A DNA stretch of 64,000 nucleotides, from assembly GCA_963931495.1 (NCBI GenBank), contig OZ007020.1, positions 573,880-637,879 on the forward strand. Direction: 5' to 3'. Of this stretch, positions 58,100-64,000 are shown one piece after another (positions within the stretch are counted from its first letter, which is position 1; each line of letters starts with the position of its first letter). The DNA comes from an uncultured Alphaproteobacteria bacterium. GTDB lineage: Bacteria; Pseudomonadota; Alphaproteobacteria; Rs-D84. A program made the position numbers and the translations under genes. Under the pieces are notes generated by a model that saw only the letters and a program-made list of their open reading frames with translations, was not told the origin of the DNA and searched no databases.

Positions 58100-58355
58100 A
58101 AAATCAGGTATTCAAGTGTTTTTCAAATTTGGTGATTATGGTTATAATGATTTGGTCGCAACGTGCGGCGATGATGCAGCGTGCCCGATATTTGGTTTAT
58201 TGGATGCGTGTAAAACACACTATACAACATATCGGCACATTCCAGGTAAATTGCGCGCTGTCAGTGTCGCGGCGCTGAAAGATAAAGACGCAACAAACAG
58301 CATGATAAATTTATCTGAATACTTATGCACAAAATGCAAAAATCGGATTCGTTAA
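58089..58355 (+). CDS. Small Cys-containing protein (88 aa), inserted between rimM and trmD
   Basis: ATCGDDAACPIFGLLDACKTHY...YLCTKCKNRIR; stop 1 nt before trmD start. Confidence 0.4.
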   Translation: MADKKSGIQVFFKFGDYGYNDLVATCGDDAACPIFGLLDACKTHYTTYRHIPGKLRAVSVAALKDKDATNSMINLSEYLCTKCKNRIR

Positions 58356-58356
58356 A

Positions 58357-59043
58357 ATGCACTTTAATATACTGACCATTTTTCCAGAAATGTTTCCGGG
58401 CACGTTGGGCGGCGGGGTTGTTGGTCGCGCTTTGTCTAATGGAACATGGTCATATGATGCAATAAATATTCGTGACTTTGCGCATGATAATTACGGCAGT
58501 GTTGATGATGAACAATTTGGCGGTGGTGTTGGCCAGGTTATGCGCCCAGACGTACTGGGTGATGCAATTGATTCAATTAAAAATCGTGGCAAAATTATAT
58601 ATTTTTCACCGCGTGGACCGCAACTGACGCAAAAAAAAGTACGCGAATTTGCCGCCGATAAAAATGCAAATTATACATTACTGTGTGGACGGTACGAAGG
58701 AATTGATCAACGAATCATTGATGAATATGATATAATGGAATTATCTGTTGGCGATTACATACTGTCGGGCGGCGAAATCGCCGCGCAAGTTTTTATTGAC
58801 AGTGTCGTTCGCGTGATGGATAATGTGCTGGGCGGTGGCGCAGATGCCACGCGTAATGAAAGTTTTGAAATCGGGGGGTTAGAATGGCCGTTGTATACCC
58901 GCCCGTCGGCATGGCGTGGACGTAATGTCCCAGAAGTCCTGCTGTCCGGTCACCACGGCAATATTGAACGGTGGCGGAAACAACAATCGGACGAAATAAC
59001 AAAACAACGTCGTCCGGATTTAATAAAGGAAAATGAAAAATGA
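58357..59043 (+). CDS. trmD: tRNA (guanine37-N1)-methyltransferase
   Basis: [15 protein letters not shown]...[10 protein letters not shown]...[17 protein letters not shown]/TrmD motifs. Confidence 0.9.
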   Translation: MHFNILTIFPEMFPGTLGGGVVGRALSNGTWSYDAINIRDFAHDNYGSVDDEQFGGGVGQVMRPDVLGDAIDSIKNRGKIIYFSPRGPQLTQKKVREFAADKNANYTLLCGRYEGIDQRIIDEYDIMELSVGDYILSGGEIAAQVFIDSVVRVMDNVLGGGADATRNESFEIGGLEWPLYTRPSAWRGRNVPEVLLSGHHGNIERWRKQQSDEITKQRRPDLIKENEK

Positions 59044-59435
59044 GCATTATTAAAAAAATTGAACAGGCGCAAGTTGAAAAATTGCGTGGCGATAAGAAAA
59101 TCCCTGCTTTCAAGTCTGGGGATACTGTCAAGGTGCATGTCCGCATCAAAGATGGTGATAAATTCCGTATCCAGGTTTTTGAAGGTGTCGTAATCGCACG
59201 CGATGGTGGCAATGGTAATAATGCGTCGTTCACAGTACGTCGTGAATCATATGGCGTCGGTGTAGAACGCAAGTTCCCACTGTACAGCCCGGCGATTGCC
59301 AAAATTGAAAAAGTGCGCACCGGTAAGGTACGTCGTGCAAAATTGTTCTTCTTGCGCGGATTGTCCGGCAAAAAGGCGCGCATCGTAGAAGATTTGTCTG
59401 CGGTGGCGGCGGATAAAGCAGCAGAAGCAAAATAA
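59040..59435 (+). CDS. rplS: 50S ribosomal protein L19
   Basis: 131 aa; [16 protein letters not shown]...[11 protein letters not shown]...FPLYSP. Confidence 0.9.
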   Translation: MSIIKKIEQAQVEKLRGDKKIPAFKSGDTVKVHVRIKDGDKFRIQVFEGVVIARDGGNGNNASFTVRRESYGVGVERKFPLYSPAIAKIEKVRTGKVRRAKLFFLRGLSGKKARIVEDLSAVAADKAAEAK

Positions 59436-59458
59436 TGTAAAATCAGGGGGCGGAAAAA

Positions 59459-59812
59459 ATGCGATTCTTTGGAATTTTATTTTTGATGCCCCTGGTTTCT
59501 TTGTTGCCGGTTCATGCAAATGCGTATGTTAATCGTAATAATGCGGTTGTTCGCGTTATGGACAAGGCGGCGGGAAAAGTTCAAACAGTTAATATCCCCG
59601 TCGGGCAAAGTGCACAAATAGACAAGTTGGGGATAACAATTCGTGCATGTAAACAGTCTGATCCGTTTGATGCCCAAGATTTTTTCGCATTCATAGAAAT
59701 TTCAAAATTGGATGAAGGATTGATATTCAGTAATTGGATGACCGCAAATGAGCCAGGCGATAATCCATTACAAAATGCTGACTATGATGTTTGGTTGGTC
59801 AAATGTGAATAA
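59459..59812 (+). CDS. Exported protein of unknown function (possibly DUF2155-like)
   Basis: 117 aa; signal peptide MRFFGILFLMPLVSLLPVHANA. Confidence 0.45.
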   Translation: MRFFGILFLMPLVSLLPVHANAYVNRNNAVVRVMDKAAGKVQTVNIPVGQSAQIDKLGITIRACKQSDPFDAQDFFAFIEISKLDEGLIFSNWMTANEPGDNPLQNADYDVWLVKCE

Positions 59813-59838
59813 TTGTGTAATACAGGGGGATTCGCACA

Positions 59839-60144
59839 ATGAAAGTTATAAAAAAATACTTAAAGTTCATCATTGGAATTGCCGTGTTATTGGTGGTAAT
59901 TGTGGTGTTTATGTTGGTAATGCAAACCAGTGATTTAGAAAATGGGAATTTGAAAAAATGGCGCGCCGCAGATTTAGATGCACGTATGGCGGCGGCGCAA
60001 ATTCTGTCCGCATCAGACGAAAATCTTGAACTGTTGGTACAATGTGTTGATAAAATGGCCAGTTTGCCAGATTCTGGGGAAATGGCGGTGCGTGATGCAA
60101 TGTCTTTGTGCTATACCGGAATTCAATTAAAGGCCAATAATTAA
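59839..60144 (+). CDS. Small membrane-anchored hypothetical protein
   Basis: 101 aa; single N-terminal TM IIGIAVLLVVIVVFMLVM. Confidence 0.35.
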   Translation: MKVIKKYLKFIIGIAVLLVVIVVFMLVMQTSDLENGNLKKWRAADLDARMAAAQILSASDENLELLVQCVDKMASLPDSGEMAVRDAMSLCYTGIQLKANN

Positions 60145-60149
60145 AACAT

Positions 60150-60839
60150 ATGAAACGTTTGGCGATTATTCTTGTTTTATTGTCGGGATGCGCCGGTAAT
60201 AACGCCGAATATATCGGTCAAGAATACGTCGGTGCGAAATACCAGGCGGATGCACTGGGCGAAGCCGTGGCCCCAGATACAGATCCCTTGATACGTACAG
60301 ATGTGTTTGATTGTGTGACGTTCGTGGAAACTGTGTTGGCCAACGGAAATCGGGAAAAATTAAATAAAATCAGATACAAAAACGGAAATATTGATTTTCT
60401 GAATCGTAATCATTTTATTGAAACAGATTGGTTGAAAAATAACAGCGATTTAGTGGAAAATGTCAGTTCTGAATACGCCCCGACAAAAAATCGTCATGTT
60501 GTAATTGATAAACAAAATTGGTTGCGTGTTGTACATAATCTTGAATCAGATTTTGCCCCGCAATTTGCAGATTTAGAATATATTCCGTATGAATATGTGT
60601 CTGGGGTACACGTATCGGAACCAATGATTGTATTATTTATTTCTGGTAAATCAGAAAAAAGTGATAAAATAGGTACTGATTTAGCGGTTGGGCATATGGG
60701 GTTCTTGTTGCCAGATGGCGTATTACGTCATGCGTCGTCACAGTATGGATGTGTAATGGACACCGATTTTTACGAATATGCATCAAAGCGTATGGAAAAC
60801 AAAAATAATATCGGAATAATGTTGGTGAAAATAAAATGA
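60150..60839 (+). CDS. Lipoprotein, unknown function
   Basis: 229 aa; MKRLAIILVLLSGC lipobox. Confidence 0.5.
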   Translation: MKRLAIILVLLSGCAGNNAEYIGQEYVGAKYQADALGEAVAPDTDPLIRTDVFDCVTFVETVLANGNREKLNKIRYKNGNIDFLNRNHFIETDWLKNNSDLVENVSSEYAPTKNRHVVIDKQNWLRVVHNLESDFAPQFADLEYIPYEYVSGVHVSEPMIVLFISGKSEKSDKIGTDLAVGHMGFLLPDGVLRHASSQYGCVMDTDFYEYASKRMENKNNIGIMLVKIK

Positions 60840-61960
60840 ATGATGAAAATATAATTCGTATGGATATGGGACAATCAATTGGGGCCGAACATGATTCTGG
60901 GCGACCGATTGTTTGTATGGGGATTGAATCGTCGTGTGATGAAACCAGTGCAGCAATTGTTGATTCGCATAAAAATATTTTATCGCATATTATATATTCA
61001 CAAATCCCAGAACACCAGAAATATGGCGGGGTTGTGCCAGAATTGGCGGCGCGTGCGCATATATTGGCAATTGATGACGTTATTCGCAGAACACTGGATG
61101 CGGCAAATATGAAAATATCAGATGTGGACGTTATCGCGGCAACCGCTGGTCCGGGGTTAATTGGCGGTGTGTTGGTTGGTTGGATGGCGGCGGTTGGTAT
61201 TGCACAATCAATGGGTAAACCGTTGATTGCGGTTAATCATCTGGAAGGTCATGCCTTGGTTCCACGTTTGCGTGCATCGGCGGCCAGTGGCGCCGATGTT
61301 GCCGTTGATGTTCAATTTCCATACTTGCTGATGTTGGCATCGGGTGGCCATTGCCAGATTCTGTTGGTGCGCGGTGTTGGTGAATACGAAATGATTGGGC
61401 AAACACTGGATGACAGTGCGGGCGAAGCGTTTGACAAAGTTGCCAAGATGTTGGGCTTGGGATATCCTGGCGGACCAGTCGTTGATAAACGGGCCGCAAT
61501 GGGTAATCCGCATGCATTTAATTTTCCACGACCATTGTGTGATAAACCAGGATGCGATTTTTCGTTCAGTGGAATCAAAACGGCCGCGCGGACGTTCCTG
61601 GGGCGGGCGGCGGTGCCCTGTTCTGACGAGTTTATAAATGATTTTTGTGCGTCGTTCCAGGCTGCGGTCGTAGATTGTATTATTAATCGTTTGGGGAATG
61701 CGTTGCGTGACGAACGCGTTGTGGCGGCGGCGCCACGTACGTTGGTCGTCGCCGGTGGTGTGGCGAAAAATTCGGCTGTTCGTTCCGGAATGGAAGAACT
61801 GGCCACCCGGCATAACATGATTTTTGCGGCCCCGCCGATGAATTTGTGTACTGATAATGGCGCAATGATTGCCTGGGCTGGGTTGGAAAATTATAAAATT
61901 GGCAATGTCGTAACGGAACCTGTGGCGCCCCGCCCGCGTTGGCCATTGACAGAATTGTAA
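60836..61960 (+). CDS. tsaD: tRNA N6-adenosine threonylcarbamoyltransferase TsaD (Kae1/Gcp family); alternative start Met at 60917
   Basis: MGIESSCDETSAAIVD..., HLEGHAL metal-binding motifs, ...GGVA... Confidence 0.85.
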   Translation: MNDENIIRMDMGQSIGAEHDSGRPIVCMGIESSCDETSAAIVDSHKNILSHIIYSQIPEHQKYGGVVPELAARAHILAIDDVIRRTLDAANMKISDVDVIAATAGPGLIGGVLVGWMAAVGIAQSMGKPLIAVNHLEGHALVPRLRASAASGADVAVDVQFPYLLMLASGGHCQILLVRGVGEYEMIGQTLDDSAGEAFDKVAKMLGLGYPGGPVVDKRAAMGNPHAFNFPRPLCDKPGCDFSFSGIKTAARTFLGRAAVPCSDEFINDFCASFQAAVVDCIINRLGNALRDERVVAAAPRTLVVAGGVAKNSAVRSGMEELATRHNMIFAAPPMNLCTDNGAMIAWAGLENYKIGNVVTEPVAPRPRWPLTEL

Positions 61961-61972
61961 ATATAAAAACTG

Positions 61973-62557
61973 GTGAAGCAAATGTCACGTACAATGCAAG
62001 ACAAAATAAATGCGTATGATGCCGCCACGCGTGTATTAGAACACCAGGTTGATTTTATGCGTACGCCGCCAGAATTCAAACCGCTGTACAATATGTCGGA
62101 TATCGTTCGTAAATTTCGTTCGGCGTTTTTAATCCCGGATTTGCGTAATGCGGTGCTGGCGAAAAAATATGAACGCGAACGTATTAATGCGGGGCGATTT
62201 TCTGCGGGATTTTGCGGCATTGCCAGTTATACGTGGGCGCATTTGTTTCGGATGCCAAATGGTGATGCGTTGTGGCGGATAAAGCACTATAAAAATAATC
62301 GTACACGGTATGGATTGTCGGATCATGTTTGGATGGAAAGTAAATTTGATGGGTCGGTGCTGGATTTGGCGTTTGACCAGTCGGTTGACGAATCTGGCAC
62401 ATTTGTTGAAATACCGTACGATTTGGGCGTTGATGCGGACGAATATTTTGAATTCGGTCGGGCATATAAATTTGCAGAATATTTGGGTATGAAAATAAAT
62501 TTTCCAGATATTGTGCGTGAAAATATGGCATGGCACATGCGTGCGGGACGTGATTAA
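61973..62557 (+). CDS. Hypothetical protein, tandem paralog A
   Basis: 194 aa; shares GFC(G/A).., A(L/I)W, (L/I)AFD..D....(I/V)PY(D/E)LG blocks with downstream ORF. Confidence 0.45.
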   Translation: MKQMSRTMQDKINAYDAATRVLEHQVDFMRTPPEFKPLYNMSDIVRKFRSAFLIPDLRNAVLAKKYERERINAGRFSAGFCGIASYTWAHLFRMPNGDALWRIKHYKNNRTRYGLSDHVWMESKFDGSVLDLAFDQSVDESGTFVEIPYDLGVDADEYFEFGRAYKFAEYLGMKINFPDIVRENMAWHMRAGRD

Positions 62558-62595
62558 AATTGATATTTTTATAAATTTATGCTACAATTTCCCGC

Positions 62596-63087
62596 ATGGA
62601 TGAATATATTAAAAATTATAATGTGGCAACAAGAAAAGTTCTTGATTTGGCGCGCGAGATAGATGGCTTTGCACTGCAACAATTTGATGCAGAATATTCT
62701 TTGTATGATATTACATCTGTCTTGCGGCAAAAATACGCGGATGTGTCGTTTCGTAAAAAATATGTTGGTAATTTGCCGTTTCGCGGGTTTGTTCCGTATA
62801 CCAAGGGATTCTGTGCATTGACGACGATTTGTATATATGAATTGTATGGTGGTGATGCAATATGGACGCCGTCGGCGATTAAAATGGGGGCGTGGGAACA
62901 TGCGCCGGTTGTGTTCTTGCGCGATAATATATATGAAATTGCATTTGACCCAACCGGGGACCAGTTTTCACCACTGCGTGTGCCGTACGAACTGGGGACA
63001 CCGATTAATAAAAGAATGCGCGATATGAAAACGCCGAACAAGGCGCAATTTATCGCGGAAATAAAAAAAGAACTAGACAGACGTTAA
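62596..63087 (+). CDS. Hypothetical protein, tandem paralog B
   Basis: 163 aa; see paralog A. Confidence 0.45.
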   Translation: MDEYIKNYNVATRKVLDLAREIDGFALQQFDAEYSLYDITSVLRQKYADVSFRKKYVGNLPFRGFVPYTKGFCALTTICIYELYGGDAIWTPSAIKMGAWEHAPVVFLRDNIYEIAFDPTGDQFSPLRVPYELGTPINKRMRDMKTPNKAQFIAEIKKELDRR

Positions 63088-63094
63088 GATAGTT

Positions 63095-64000
63095 ATGATG
63101 GAAAAACCACAACCGTTTGTTCAACCAGATATGGTATTCAGTGTTTCTGATGCGTCGGCACTGTTAAAAAAAGTTGTTGAAACTGCGTTCCCAACAATCC
63201 GGGTGCGTGGCGAATTGTCGCAAATTACGCGCGCAACGTCGGGGCATATGTATATGACAATCAAGGATGCAAATGCGGCAATATCTGTCATTATTTGGCG
63301 TGGAACGCCGGTTCCGTTCAAAATAGAAGATGGGATGGAGGTTATAATTACCGGACGCTTTACAACATATCCGGCACGCAGTAATTATCAAATTATTGCC
63401 AGCGAAATTGAAATGGCGGGCGTTGGGGCCATTTTGAAAATGCTGGAAGAACGCAAGCGGAAATTGGCGGCCGAAGGGTTGTTTGATAATGCACGTAAAA
63501 AGCCACTGCCCCGCTTTCCACAGCGTATCGGAATTGTGACCAGTCCAACTGGGGCCGCATTCCAAGATATTCAAAACAGGTTGCGTGAACGTTTTCCAGT
63601 GACGATTGTTTTGTATCCTGCCACTGTTCAGGGTACAACCGCCGCCGCCGAAGTTGCCGCCGGTATAGAATACTTTAATCGTGTTAAAAATGTAGATGTT
63701 ATTATTGTGGCGCGTGGTGGCGGCGCATTGGAAGATTTGTTGCCGTTTTCCGAAGAAATTGTTGTGCGCGCGGCGGCGGCCAGCGAAATACCGCTGGTGT
63801 CGGGCGTCGGGCATGAACCAGATTGGATGTTGATTGACTATGCGGCGGACGTACGCGCCCCAACACCAACCGGTGCCGCGGAAATTGTTGTGCCAACAAA
63901 ATTATCATTGATCCAGGAACTGGATAATTTATGGCATCGGTTGTCTGGGAATTTTGCAACACGTCTGGTAAATGCAAAATCACGCATGGAATCAATCGTC
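63095..64000 (+). CDS. xseA: Exodeoxyribonuclease VII large subunit (N-terminal ~300 codons; continues past window end)
   Basis: MMEKPQPFVQPDMVFSVSDASALLKKVVETAFPTIRVRGELSQITRATSGHMYMTIKD (OB fold) then ...IVARGGGALEDLLPFSEEIVVRAAAASEIPLVSGVGHEPDWMLIDYAADVRAPTPTGAAE; not in ORF track because no stop in window. Confidence 0.8.
   Translation, partial: MMEKPQPFVQPDMVFSVSDASALLKKVVETAFPTIRVRGELSQITRATSGHMYMTIKDANAAISVIIWRGTPVPFKIEDGMEVIITGRFTTYPARSNYQIIASEIEMAGVGAILKMLEERKRKLAAEGLFDNARKKPLPRFPQRIGIVTSPTGAAFQDIQNRLRERFPVTIVLYPATVQGTTAAAEVAAGIEYFNRVKNVDVIIVARGGGALEDLLPFSEEIVVRAAAASEIPLVSGVGHEPDWMLIDYAADVRAPTPTGAAEIVVPTKLSLIQELDNLWHRLSGNFATRLVNAKSRMESIV

Noticed and set aside
61208-61994. 257-, 168- and 103-aa minus-strand ORFs inside tsaD
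   Set aside because: Antisense to the conserved tsaD gene.
63164-63995. 216-aa and 97-aa minus-strand ORFs at the window end
   Set aside because: Antisense to xseA, whose frame is open to the end of the window with conserved ExoVII-large motifs.

Overview
This 64-kb window is AT-rich bacterial chromosome and is most consistent with an alphaproteobacterium. The supporting cues are a GcrA cell-cycle regulator, a ChvG/ChvI-like two-component pair, the conserved ruvB-ybgC-tolQ-tolR-tolA block, an N-terminally extended ribosomal protein S9 and a type-A RNase P RNA. The housekeeping content is dense and recognisable. It includes leuS, argS, secA, an Hsp70/dnaK gene, rpsA, tig, adk, thyA, lpxA-lpxB, rpsI-rplM, an rpsP-rimM-trmD-rplS operon, tsaD, xseA, pfk and a glutamate dehydrogenase. 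There are six tRNA genes (a Leu-Ala-Leu-Val cluster, plus Pro and Gly) and many clear rho-independent terminators. An unusually large set of lineage-specific secreted, cysteine-rich or lipoprotein genes is interleaved with these, which suggests a host-associated lifestyle. The most interesting signals are the following. (1) A dispersed, paired ~30-bp near-palindromic element carrying GANTC sites occurs three times, each time immediately 5' of a secreted-protein gene, with compensatory GGTGG/GGAGG covariation between arms. (2) Four paralogous secreted Cys-rich proteins with eukaryote-like CxxCPxGY / CxxGYY repeats; one looks frameshifted next to a (GGT)n tract. (3) A five-gene operon led by a stand-alone Tad-type prepilin peptidase followed only by large secreted proteins, divergent from gcrA. 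(4) Four small Cys-containing ORFs translationally coupled inside the normally invariant rpsP-rimM-trmD-rplS operon. (5) A methyltransferase-M23 peptidase-bactofilin-rpiB operon. No CRISPR arrays, transposases or prophage genes were seen.
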